Assembly (NCBI GenBank): GCA_946965045.2
Contig: OX337242.1
Coordinates: 930,001 to 994,000 of the forward strand
Reading direction: 5' to 3'
DNA from: Epithemia pelagica
Lineage: Eukaryota; Protista; Bacillariophyta
DNA length: 64,000 nt
Of the stretch, positions 10,101 to 20,213 are shown in pieces. Numbering within the stretch: the stretch's first letter is position 1; every line of letters starts with the position of its first letter. A program made the position numbers and the translations under genes. The notes beneath the pieces were generated by a model. It had not been told where the DNA came from. It did no database searches and saw only the letters and a program-made list of their open reading frames with translations.

Positions 10101-10586
10101 CACAACCATGCCTGGTTTGCTTGGAGGTGTCTTGTTTGACCAGTCTTTCGACGACCTTGTGCGCCATGCTCGCTTTGTTGCTTTGGCGAAATTGCATGCC
10201 GAACACACTGGGACGTGACACTTCGCCAGTCGTTTCGGCAGTATTCCGTCCTTTGCCATTTGTTGTAGTTTGGCGAATGGCAGGTGCCCAAAGTCGTAGT
10301 GGTACCTGAGCAACTCTGCTTCCGCCGTTGGTCGTTCTTCCTCCTTATGTGGGATGATGTCTGGTGGTGGTGGTGTTGCGTCTTTGGTTGTTTTACCGTC
10401 TAGATCAAAATCAAACTTGCGTGGTTCCGCGTCGTCTGTTTGTTGGGTTGCTGCATCAGTTGTTGCCATGCTGGTCTGCTTCGGAATGGCTCGATGCCAT
10501 TGAGGTGCCTGGACGGGGTAGGTCGCTTCGTCGTTGTCTCCCTTTTGTCGCGCGTCACTTGTTTCTTGTAGAAGTTGACGGCGCAA
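7197..10586 (-). CDS. Copia Pol (integrase, reverse transcriptase, RNase H)
   Basis: HHCC (HYDFGH...CHVPVCSAC); DDE (VSVDQ, HADNG, KAERR); RT IDYVLAY, LYGQKQAG and YTDD; RNase H WADADFAG, STESEY, EDNSGA and ADYLTK. There is no ATG at the ORF boundary and no protease motif. Confidence 0.95.
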   Translation of the reverse strand: MRRQLLQETSDARQKGDNDEATYPVQAPQWHRAIPKQTSMATTDAATQQTDDAEPRKFDFDLDGKTTKDATPPPPDIIPHKEEERPTAEAELLRYHYDFGHLPFAKLQQMAKDGILPKRLAKCHVPVCSACNFAKATKRAWRTRSSKDWSNKTPPSKPGMVVSVDQLVSPTPGLVAQMTGFITKQRYKYATVYVDQATSLGFVFLQKTSTVEETLQGKRAFERYAINRGVTVRAYHADNGIFKAHGWVKACHDQGQDLTFAAVGAHHSNGKAERRIRELQGMARTMLLHANKRWPQAITANLWPYAVRHANDCINASPNMQHETKQSPIQLFSQTAINTNKKHWRPFGCPVYVLDERLQGNKPHNKWENRARVGIYLGQSPIHNRNVALVLNRHTGHVSPQFHVRFDRSFHTLQQEQLTATWQVSTFFADAKRTGQPQRSQKGKRRRRHKGQEGAPQHSPTGTPPEEWQQQMPNNTWPDEAPIHNPNTSPSDGTPPQQAQHGPTMDRTPPQDSEGAQGQRERQLPQQQTTNHIRTRSGRLRKPTQRLIEVMSSEIEDETTVPGELFALSTLVPQDDMDDMGNPLMAYKAAISDPDTMYHHEAMKEPDKAEFIKGMQKEMERQMEDGNLSIVRRTSVPAGQRIFKAVWQMRRKRDILTRDIKTHKARLNFDGSKMEQGIDYDQTYAPVASWASIRLVLALVSAFNRHTQQIDYVLAYPQAPVEREVYMEFPVGYDLDEGKSKKDYVLKLHANLYGQKQAGRVWYQHLSKRLVEQVGFTKSSVDECVFYRGSVIHVLYTDDSIIVGPDKAEIDKAINDIRAAKLNITVEGDIKDFLGVNIHKHDNGEITFSQPHLIDKVLKGLRLGKDAVTKDTPAAPSKILHRHLEKPAFDNNFNYRSIVGMMNYIEAGSRSDIAYATHQCARFASNPRKPHGDAVRWIGRYLRATRDQGMTFRPNKQAGLEVWADADFAGNWKREDASTDRDTARSRHGYIIRYMGCPIIWKSQLQTEIALSSTESEYTGLSYALRAAIPIMRLLEEMQQQGITIHNTKAEVHCKVFEDNSGALEMAKVYKFRPRTKHLNVKLHHFRTYVEDGSVTIHKVATEDQLADYLTKPLPQDTLQRLRQRVLGW

Positions 10587-11479
10587 ACCATCAATTTGTT
10601 TGCACTCGTGATGACATTGGAGCCGTCTTCATGGCCGTCTTCAATCTTTTGGATATAATCCTGAAAACGGTCGTCCTTGACGGCTTTGTAGCCTTTAAAC
10701 AAGTTAACGATTAGGTCTAGTGACGTGTGTCCTCTGGATGCCAATCCATCAACTTGGCTCTGCACGTAGGCGTTGAAGGCGACAATATCGGACCCGTTCG
10801 TCTCGATGTAACGATCGAGGTTTGTTAGGTTCAGTCGCAACGTAGTGACAGTCGCGTTAGAGTCTAGGTAACTCTCGCGAATCACGACCTTGAAGAGGCA
10901 TCCTCCTGCATCTTCCCCATTCACCTTGGTATCATTCGTCCAAATTTGGATACGTTGAATGCCGGTTGGTGAGAGTAAGTTCATGATTAAGTCATGAAGC
11001 ATCTTGGAGTTCTGCGAGTTCCTGGTGTTCTGTCCGATGAATGTCGTTTCGTAGGCCTTGATTTCCTCCAACGTCAAGCGTCCATAATCCGTGATCATGT
11101 TGACAGCTGGCGGTGCGACTCCGCCTGGAGGTGCCGGAACTGTTACCATGCAGTTGGCTCCGTACTCGAGCATTCCGAGGTCGCGAGCCCGCGTATGGAG
11201 TAGGTTCACGAATAGTTGGAACCGGCCTGGCTCTACATCAAACTTCTCGTCGGTCGAGAATAAGGATCTCGTTGCCTGTTCGTAGTACTTCCTGCCTTCT
11301 TTCGTGCCAAAGTCCAGGGTGTTTGCAATCCCTGATCGCAATGGAGTACGGAGGAACGGTCCTGCAGCTGGTGCTCCTGGTCCGGCAGCTGCTTGCGCTA
11401 TTGCGTTCTGGATCGCAGCGGATGCATTGTTCAGGGCCTGAACGAGTGCTTGGGCGTCTGCTCCAGCTGCGTCTCCCAT
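10400..11479 (-). CDS. Copia Gag, C-terminus apparently truncated
   Basis: ATG at 11479, about 85 nt past the 5' LTR; diatom-Copia-like motifs TLDFGTKEGRKYYEQATRSL and IVNLFKGYKAVKDDRF; no zinc knuckle; overlaps pol in the -1 frame. Confidence 0.8.
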   Translation of the reverse strand: MGDAAGADAQALVQALNNASAAIQNAIAQAAAGPGAPAAGPFLRTPLRSGIANTLDFGTKEGRKYYEQATRSLFSTDEKFDVEPGRFQLFVNLLHTRARDLGMLEYGANCMVTVPAPPGGVAPPAVNMITDYGRLTLEEIKAYETTFIGQNTRNSQNSKMLHDLIMNLLSPTGIQRIQIWTNDTKVNGEDAGGCLFKVVIRESYLDSNATVTTLRLNLTNLDRYIETNGSDIVAFNAYVQSQVDGLASRGHTSLDLIVNLFKGYKAVKDDRFQDYIQKIEDGHEDGSNVITSANKLMVCAVNFYKKQVTRDKRETTTKRPTPSRHLNGIEPFRSRPAWQQLMQQPNKQTTRNHASLILI

Positions 11480-11551
11480 GTTCTCTTGCTCTCCTGAAAG
11501 TAGTTCACGGCACAAATCGGTGAGTTTTTCTTATGAAAGGTCACAGTTATC

Positions 11552-11565
11552 GCGCAGAGGAAGCG
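11552..11565 (-). promoter_or_regulatory. Putative primer-binding site complementary to the D-arm of initiator tRNA-Met
   Basis: The minus strand right after the LTR reads CGCTTCCTCTGCGC. The plus strand GCGCAGAGGAAGCG(TG) matches the eukaryotic tRNA-iMet D-arm GCGCAGNGGAAGCG(TG). Confidence 0.75.
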
Positions 11566-11790
11566 TGTTGTTTTAACCGTGGTCACTGCCGATTAAAAGG
11601 GCCAACTAGTTTCGTAAAAGGGGATTGAGTAAGTTATGAGGGTATGGTCATATTACGCTATGGGTGTGTATGTGCTGACGCAGTAGGGGCGTCAGTTGGG
11701 AAGTGCCGTATGGTGACGTGTGTCCATACGCACGTGGAGTTCCCCCCCCAGGTTCCGAATGCACCGGGCGGCAACGGGGAACTTTCAACA
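11566..11790 (-). repeat. 5' LTR of element 2 (225 bp)
   Basis: Direct repeat of 6938-7161. Confidence 0.95.
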
Positions 11791-12969
11791 GGACTTACAA
11801 AACGACTCAACTGCAACAATGAACACCCATCAGACACTTCCGTCAGCAAGAGACCCCGATACATCTTTGACGAACTCTATTAACTCTACTCCAGCCCCTT
11901 CGTCACTGAAAAAGAAGAAAAAATCAAGTAAAAAGAAATCGAAGACAAGCGATGACGTATGAATAAAAGACCCTTTCGTTTTGTATCAGTAGAATGGTCG
12001 GTGTTCTGCACAGACGAGTTCAACACGATTCACTGAAAACAGAGTTAACACAGTGCTATCAATCATAACGTTTGCTTTCGACGATTTCTTGCTGCAAGAG
12101 CGATGCCTCACGTAGCATTACCTGGTCTCCGCTCTGCCAGAAAAACTGGGATTTTGCGATTCCGTAAAATTTCAATTTTCATGCCGATCCTCGAAGTCTC
12201 CCAGTCTAGTGTCAGATCTGAACATGAAATCACTTTTTTGTCACTTGATTTGCACATCACACTTTTCAGCAAATACTACTAGAAGAACAATTTGAAGCGC
12301 ATACGGACTTCCCATATTGAGAAGAGACAAGAGGCTTCAGAAGAAGGTCCCAAAGAATCATAGCAATAATAGACGGTAGGTGACAGGTATCTCGTCCAAG
12401 TTCCTGGACAAGATTGGGAATATCCGGCTTCCATTCATCCTACTTAAGAGTTGTCATGATTGTAGCTTGGAGGCTTGGAGGACGACACGGCAAAACTACA
12501 CTGTGTGAGAAACCCCGCCAATCTGGCAGATTTGTTTCTGGACGAGATTAATCAATTCAGACGATATCTAATGGTAATCTAGCGATTGTTTGAATGAACA
12601 CCCACATGTTATCTCTTGCTTCCAACTCAGACCCTAAATGGATATGCAAGACACCCTATGGATCGTAATAATAGCATGGGCTATGACAACCTCCCATAGT
12701 CCTCCTCAGCTCTAGAAGATAGAAGATTCCTGGATCAGTCACGAATTATCCTCCTAACTACTACCGGATGGTATGGATCGTGAATTTCTTAAGCGAAAAA
12801 TGGACTCGCGAAGAATGGGGAGATGGAGTTTACCATAACTTGTAGTCGCGGTATCGGTCGCGCTACTTCGGTTTGTGACAAAATACAGTGACGCTTTACG
12901 ATGGGCAAGAGATCGAGATGGGTTGCGTCGCGAGAGCAGTGTCTTGATTCCAGATAAGGGACGCTCATC

Positions 12970-15900
12970 ATGTCAGGTTTCTATGGCGTCCTTGGTGAAA
13001 GTGATTCCAGTGGCAGTGATGAAGAAAGCAGCAATAGCAACGTACTGAATTCAGAAAGAAAAAATAGCCAGATAGAAGAGCCGACTTCGACTGCTTCCGT
13101 AGATATTCCTTCTTTCGAAGATCTATCAACGCTGAGAGGCGATGAGGAGACAGTCTTGCGAGCCGTCTACGGTGATGACTTTTCTGTTGCAGTAAAGGGA
13201 GACGTGAATGGGCATGCCTCGCTACAAGTTGTTGTTCGGCCGCTTGAAATTGAGAAAAATAGAGTCGGCAGCAGTCTTCTACTGCACGTGCGACTCAGTC
13301 ACCAGTATCCTTATGTTGTTCCTAAAATTGACATTCGAGAAGTCAAAGGACTCTCTGATTCGGAAAAGAGTGAGTTGATGAGACAACTCAAACGACGTGC
13401 CAACCAGTTGTCGTCGACAGGAAATGTGATGATGCTTGAACTGGTGCAAGTAGCGGAAAAATTCCTTCACGAGCACAACCGAGATCCCACCTTGTCGGCA
13501 TGGGAGCAAATGCATCAAAGAGAGAAAGCTCAGAAAGAACTAGATTTACGGGCACAGGAAGAACTGTCACGGCTTATGAACAAATCTACAGTCTACCAGC
13601 CCCGTTCGCCGTCCGAGTCGGTTACAGAAAGAACCATTTACGATTACGAAGGTGGAGAACTGGTAAAAGGAAGCGCCATTAATCCTGATGACTTGGAACG
13701 AGAGCTCACACGACAAAAACTTGCACTGGAAGAAACGAGACGCCACAGAGGACGAGAGCTGGGATTTAGGCGATTCTCGTCGTATGCAACAACGGCGGAT
13801 GATAAACATGCGACCAAAATTGAAGAAGAAGTTGAGGATTCGAGTAGCAGCGATGTTGACGATGACTATGAGGTAGCATTTGGTGCCGGTGGTACCTCTG
13901 CTTCGCGCTACAGAACAGACTTCGTTGAGCTTGGGGTTCTCGGTCGTGGTGGTGGCGGAGAAGTTGTAAAGGTGCGAAATCGTCTTGACCGTAGAATATA
14001 TGCAATTAAAAAGATCATCCTCGAGCTTGAGCAGGGTCGGTATGCAAAGTTTGGAAAACTTCACAATAGAAAATTGAGGAGAGAGGTAACAACAATTTCC
14101 CGAATGACGCACAAGAATATCGTGAGGTATTACCAGGCATGGGTTGAAGGCGAGGGGCATCAGAGCAATGATGAAGATAGTGTTCTAGAGAGCGAGATTA
14201 GAGACCCGGGGACATTGAACAATTCTGTTCTTGAAATGATCCATGACGATGATGAAGAAGAAGAAGAAGATGATGATGATGGATCCGCCCAGGGTTGGTG
14301 GGCAAACTCTCCGCCAACTGCTCGTCGCTCTCAATCTCGTAGTTCCAGCTGGAGTCACTCGTCGTCCTCTGACGAGGAAGGTCAATCTGAAGCAGCTGCT
14401 GATAACAATGCCACTCTACATAAGACGCAGATTGGTTCAGATGATACGACCTTGGACGTGTTGGGCTTGGGTAGTCCGTTGCTGAACGGTTTTGGGTTCC
14501 AAAACCAGGCTTATCAATCCATCGTGGACAATAGCAAGCAACGAATCTTGAAGGAGAACGATGCTGAAAATGAGGATATATGGGATGAGTCTTCTTCCGT
14601 TCACGTTGGAAATGCGGGTAAGGGAAGAAATATTTTGTATATTCAAATGCAGTATTGTGAAACCACTCTCCGAAGATTGATTGATGATGGCAAAGTTGCT
14701 GAAATGAAAGAGAACGAGATTTGGCGTCTCGTAGGGCAGATTTTGGAAGCTCTTGCTTATATACATGATCAGAACATTGTAAGTGATCTTTATGCGTGCT
14801 TATTCTTGGGCTTCATCATCTAATCGATCAGTATTCACACCCCGACAGATACACCGTAAGTTCATTTTTCTTTTGCTGTTATCAGGGCTCCCCATATGCT
14901 GAGCAATACCCGTTTCCCGCTTTAGGTGACTTGAAGCCTGGAAATGTACGAGCTCTGAAACAAAACTGATTGGTTTGTAATTAACTAAGATTCTCATACA
15001 CCCTCTCTTTACAGATTTTTTTGGATTCGGAAGGCAACATCCAACTTGGTGATTTCGGTCTGGCCACTCGCCACCAAGCTTCCCAGCCATCGGGCTCGCA
15101 AGACATGGAAGTGGAATCTGAAACTGGATCAATTTATGACGCAATTGAAGACATAACACGTCTCCTTGGGGGCTCTGCAGCTACTGGACCTGGGATTCAT
15201 GACATCTCGGCGACAGGAGAGTCTATGACTGGAGGGGTTGGCACGACTTTTTACCGTGCTCCTGAACAAGAGGCACAAGAAAAATCTCGACGAAAAGGTA
15301 AGAGCTCCTCATATACGGTGAAAGCAGATATTTTCAGCCTCGGAATCATCCTTTTTGAGATGTTCCACCCGCCTTTTGAGACCTATATGGAGCGAGCAGG
15401 AACACTTACTGTTTTGAGGGGGGAACATTCTGTTCAAAAGGGAGGAGATGTTCACGGATCCGCTGAAGCGCTGGGAGATATAGGGGTACAAGCCGAAATT
15501 CGTTTCCCATCTACATTCGCAAAATCTGTTCCGGAAAATGCACAACGTCTCATCCTTCGTTGTCTAGACAAGAAACCAGAAGATCGTCCATCAGCGAAAG
15601 ATATTTTAGCGAGCGAGATGCTACCCAGAAAGATTGAGTTAGAACAGAAGTATCTTGAAGAAGCGCTTGAGATGCTGACAAGTACCCAGTCTGAGAGCAT
15701 CATGCAGATTCTGAATGCTCTCTTTGCTAGACCGACACAAGACGTGGTGGACATGACGTTTGATACGGATGTTGCCGTCAAGGCAAACAATCTTGGAACT
15801 ACGAGGACTGGAAAAAGGGTTCGTACACCCTCTGAACAACTGATGAAAGCGATATCAGCTATTCGTGCTGGAGCGGTCGATGTGGCTGCATTTGCATCGC

Positions 15901-18440
15901 TTGCAATGAGCTCAGCTTCGATGATGGCTGCCACTGCAGCTTTAAATAGGGCAGAACTGACTGGGAAACTCGGAAAAGGTGGGAGAGGGATGCAGAAAAG
16001 GGCAACACAAAGAGTGGCAGGAGTTTTAGCTATGCGATCCGCAACTGCGGCAGCAGTAACTGGTGCAGTAGATGGTGTCCTTGGAGCCGACCCCAGTGTA
16101 GTGGAGAACGTTTGTAACGGCCTTAAGGAAATTTTTCGAAACCACGGCGCCGTGCAAATGAAAACACCGCTTTTGCGACCTCGTCGCACTCCTGTTTCAC
16201 TTGTGTCAGGAGCAGGCCCAGTGGAGCTACTCAATTCGAGAGGAGTTGTGCTTACTCTTCCACAAGACCTCACCGCACCTCTTGCGCGCTCTGTAGGTCG
16301 TGGTGGAGCGGCAACGTCGAACATAAAGAGGTTTGATATCGACCGGGTGTACCAGAAATCCGCAACAGGCGGACATCCACGGGAAAGTTTAGAAGCTTCA
16401 TTCGAGATTCTACAAGAAGATCACCGCAAATGTACAGAAATTCAGACAGAGACGATGCTCGTTGTCCAACAAGTGATATCACTGCTCCATTCAAAGAAAA
16501 GTGGAAAACTTCCTTTTGATGCAGAATCTCCGCTCTGGTTTTTACGGATTGGCCACACGCGACTCTCTGATGCAATCCTAGATCTTTGTGGGGTTCCAGC
16601 CAAGGAAACAATACGGAAGTACCTTTACGACCTCTTCTCACACTTTCTCGCCCCCTCCCCGTTCACGTTGATGACTCACGGAAAAGCCAAGAAAGCGAGA
16701 AAGCAGAATTGTCGAAGTGCCCTAGAAGCGCGTCTCGAACAAGCCGTGTCGACACTGGGTTTGCCGCAAGAAGCTGTCAAGAAGATTGAGATCGTCTGCA
16801 CCGAAACACCAATGCCAGCAAAAGGAAGAGAAAGCGTTGCTTATTTGAAGAAAGTAATATCGAAGCTTAGGTCATCCGAGGGTGCGGATATAGCTGATCC
16901 GAAGCGTTTGAAGCGTTTTGAGGACTCTGCCAAGAACCTCAGACATCTCAGTGACCTAATTGATCTCCTCGAAGTTCATCTGAAGCCGCTTATTGGACCG
17001 AGAGCCAATTCCACATATGGTTTGGTCCGACCATTGTTTTTGTCAATCGACCTTGGGCTTCGACAACGACGGAAAACTTACCATGGAGGGATTATCTTTC
17101 AAGCTATTGTACTACCAGACAACTATTTCGACGATCTGAAAGATGAGGAATCAAATGAGGAGCTAATATTGTCTTCTGGAAAAGGTTTGAAGCTGGCAAC
17201 AGGAGGGGAATTCTCAGAATTGGTTCGCAAAAACCGACCACCGGGGAACTTTGCGTCGACCTTCCTGCAGCACTACACCACCAGCCCCATACCGTTTTGT
17301 TTTGGAGTCGGATTTTCAGTGGGAAAGCTTGTGGAACTGTTGTACGTCAATGCCGCAATGGATAACATTGACGGTCTCTATGAGACCTCCTCAATTTCAG
17401 ACATATCTCAAATGAGAAAGCTACTTGGCCATCCACTAGGCAATGCAAAATCAGTGGATGTGGTTATAGCAAGTTCTCATGGGATGGATTCGTTGAGTTT
17501 AGAAGAGCGCTTTCTAGTTGCGACGATACTATGGTCAGAAGGTGTTGCCGCGGAATATTTGGCGCACAGCGGAGTTATGCTCAGCCTTCTAAAACGAATT
17601 CGGGAAGATATTCAGGAACCAACAACAACCAGCGACTGGTCCCTCCAAGAGCTGTATGGTGTATGCGCTCTTCTGAAGATCCCCTACGTTGTGATCGTAC
17701 AAAAGCACCTATTGAAAGAAAAGAACTCAGTCAGACTAATTCGGGTAGCGGTAGAATCGACAGGAAACAACGGCAGCATCAGTAGTGAGGCCCTTGTGTC
17801 GCTGGACAACCTTGCTGGTGTAATTTTGGACGGCTCATTTATGGAGTCAGAGGTGGTTGAGGTAGACCTGAGCCAGAACGCTCAAACCCATCTGGCCGCG
17901 CCAAGCTCCACGAAGGTAACTCGAGGACGCGTGAATTGCATACTTATTGACAACGACGTTTACTTTGGTGGGGACCATGAAGTATCCAAAAGTGACACAC
18001 CGCATTGGAAAACACACCTGAAAATGATCAAGAAGGTGGAGTTTCAAGCAGAGACCTTTCTGTCTTCGATCGGCGATCCCCATGACTATGCGATTTATGG
18101 AGTTCCTGTATTTGCTGTTTCTGATGCAACATTCTGGGCGCTCCGTGACTTTGGTACCGCCTTAATGAAACTCGAGGACAAGGAACAAAGTGCGAAAGGG
18201 GCTTATTTAGAGACATCAGAGAAGTATCCAAAGTACAAGCGTTCTCTCAAGACTCTTGCGGATGCCGTTGATAGCTACATACGAAAAGCCAAAATCTGGA
18301 AAGGAAATTCAAAAGAAAGCACATCATCGTTGCTGACAGCTCTCCTATACAGTAAGAATGACGACAGGTTTGATGCGATCACGTTCAACTTGCAATCACA
18401 CTCCCAAAATCATTCAACCCATTCTTCGCGGCGGAAATGA
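12970..18440 (+). CDS. GCN2: eIF2-alpha kinase GCN2; join(12970-14778, 14849-14855, 14926-14945, 15015-18440)
   Basis: RWD domain (YPYVVPKI); kinase motifs LGRGGGGEV, YAIKKI, LYIQMQYC, IHRDLKPGN (after splicing), DFGLA, GTTFYRAPE and KADIFSLG; HisRS-like and C-terminal domains. Three GT-AG introns of 70, 70 and 69 nt restore the frame exactly. Confidence 0.95.
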
Positions 18441-18992
18441 ATCTGTTTTCGCTTGTGCTCCGAAGTTTCGTTGAAACAATCATAACTATTGAAGGCTAGG
18501 TGCTAGTGACAAGGCTTGGATGTTCTGATTGTTTGAAAACTATGGCTCTTTTCTCTTCGAATTTTCACTCTTCGTAGTCCAATGATAGAATATCGTCGCG
18601 CCACTCATGTTTACATCGTCTGCCTCCATCTTCCCTTCATGTAGACTCTACCAAGAACGACGGGAATGGTGTTGCACCATCATCCAACAAAAAATCACAT
18701 TCATTAGGAACAATTCTCTGATTTTGTCTGTAGTTTTGCACATAAGTACGAACGCTTTAGGGTCGCGTATAAGCCCTCACTTTAAAATCGAATCTCAAGG
18801 ATTTGTCGCGCGAGCCGACCCAGAATTCGTCCCCTTTAGCGGCCACAAAGTTGTCAAACCAAATGCCGTTCCAAGATCTAGAAAACCAAAAAAGGTGCCG
18901 TTGTGGTTCTGCTCTGGCCGAAAAACGCTCTCAAACTCCCTTTATTTCTTCTTATAGTGAAACACAAATTATCGGAAACACTCTTCGTAAAC

Positions 18993-20213
18993 ATGGGTAA
19001 ACGAGGTACTACTGTTGCTGCCAATAGAGGCAGTACAAATCCATTTGATGATACTTATCCGGGCATGGACGATGATGCTTCGAGTGTCTCCAGCCAGGCA
19101 GTGTCATCGGTCGCGAGTGGCAGTGTTTTTACGACAAACGTGGGAACGGCAGAATCTAAAAGACACGTGGTAAAAAGTTATCCACTTTCATCACGCCCAG
19201 CGTTCTCGGGGTCTTCGCCTCTGGAAGATGACCAAAGCCGCTCAGACGAATCATTTGAGCACGTTCTCGGAGTCTATCCGTCATTCAGTGAAGCTCTGGA
19301 GAAGCGCTCCATTACAGGTTTCTTTTCGTCGGGATCGGGGCCTACAAGATCGAACAGCGACGTCGAGGGATCTAAAGACAATCATGACAAAGCAAAGAAA
19401 AGCTGGTTGGGAGCGGTACCGCGACGGGTTCGGTTCGGTTTACTCATCAGTCTTGCCGTGTTCGTGGTTGCTCTTATCAGCGTCTCGGTTGCGGTTTCTT
19501 CGAATAAAAGTTCAAGCGGTGAAACGAGTCAGGAATCGTCGTCATCGTTGACACAGGAAGACAGGGATGAGTTTCTGTTCCAATCCAGCTTTTCTGCAGC
19601 TGATACGAGTTCAGCACAGCCGGCGAGTATAAGGAGTCCGTCGGCTTCACCTACCAGGTCCCCGTCTGGATCACCGTCCACGTCCCCGTCTGGAGCTCCG
19701 TCCACAGCTCCCAGTCCGTCTCCTTCTACGTTCCCGACCACCACGCCTGGTTCTCCAACACGTTCTCCGTCGAGCTTCCCGTCAGGTTTGCCGTCTGGTT
19801 TCCCCACAAGCTTTCCGTCAGGCTTCCCGAGTACTACGCCGACAAGCTCTCCGAGTACTACGCCAACAAGCTCTCCGAGTACTACGCCGACGGGTTCCCC
19901 GAGTAGTTCGCCTACAAGCTCCCCGAGTACCACACCGACAACCGTACCGACTGCGACGCCAACACGCTCACCGACTGCGACGCCGACCAGCATGCCAACC
20001 ACTCGCATGCCAACTACCACGCCGACAAGATTACCGACTTTGACGCCGACAGCTTCACCGACGTCATCTCCTACGAAAGCTCCATCTCAATCACCCACAG
20101 GTACACCAACTAAGACGCCAACGAGTTCTCCTTCCGCCTCTCCATCGGTGCACCCGTCACATTCTCCCTCACAGGCACCCACCACTTCTAAGAAAACAAA
20201 AGACAGACAATAG
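18993..20213 (+). CDS. Single-pass membrane protein with long Pro/Ser/Thr mucin-like stalk, 406 aa
   Basis: First ATG at 18993; SVASGSVFT, ESFEHVLGVYP, one hydrophobic helix after VPRRVR, SSLTQEDR, and many PT/SP/TTPTSSP repeats. Confidence 0.85.
   Translation: MGKRGTTVAANRGSTNPFDDTYPGMDDDASSVSSQAVSSVASGSVFTTNVGTAESKRHVVKSYPLSSRPAFSGSSPLEDDQSRSDESFEHVLGVYPSFSEALEKRSITGFFSSGSGPTRSNSDVEGSKDNHDKAKKSWLGAVPRRVRFGLLISLAVFVVALISVSVAVSSNKSSSGETSQESSSSLTQEDRDEFLFQSSFSAADTSSAQPASIRSPSASPTRSPSGSPSTSPSGAPSTAPSPSPSTFPTTTPGSPTRSPSSFPSGLPSGFPTSFPSGFPSTTPTSSPSTTPTSSPSTTPTGSPSSSPTSSPSTTPTTVPTATPTRSPTATPTSMPTTRMPTTTPTRLPTLTPTASPTSSPTKAPSQSPTGTPTKTPTSSPSASPSVHPSHSPSQAPTTSKKTKDRQ

Larger units (their letters stand above)
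6938..11790 (-). mobile_element. Ty1/Copia LTR retrotransposon 2 (diatom CoDi-like), 4853 bp, apparently protease-deleted
   Basis: LTRs at 6938-7161 and 11566-11790 with TGTTG...CAACA ends; flanking GGACTT at 6932-6937 and 11791-11796; gag plus IN-RT-RH on the minus strand. Confidence 0.95.
956..11962 (+). pseudogene. Single-pass membrane protein gene (family of the 19-28.7 kb array) interrupted by two LTR retrotransposons; pre-insertion CDS = join(956-1341, 6758-6937, 11797-11962), 243 aa
   Basis: The three segments total 732 nt and join in frame (...DTNS-SRRKARLSVWYCLLCMIVLVIIVLISILA...SSLTQEERDGMLNQQD-LQNDSTAT...KKKKKSSKKKSKTSDDV*). Shares the SLASESVYT, DEYSIEHILGxxP and SSLTQEER motifs with downstream paralogues. 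Confidence 0.9.

Noticed and set aside
10535-10550. AAAAGGGA as a possible -1 ribosomal slippery site at the element 2 gag-pol overlap
   Set aside because: Does not fit the usual X XXY YYZ with Y = A or U, and frameshifting would not supply the missing protease; a deletion is the simpler explanation.
15452-16324. 290-aa antisense ORF
   Set aside because: Lies wholly opposite the GCN2 coding exon over an Ala/Gly-rich stretch; typical shadow ORF with no independent motif.
19529-20020. Val/Gly-rich antisense ORF and short periodic repeats (also 21205-21576 and 23942-24559)
   Set aside because: Mirror of the Pro/Thr/Ser stalk codons. The repeats are coding and degenerate with no unique spacers, so this is not a CRISPR array or a separate gene.
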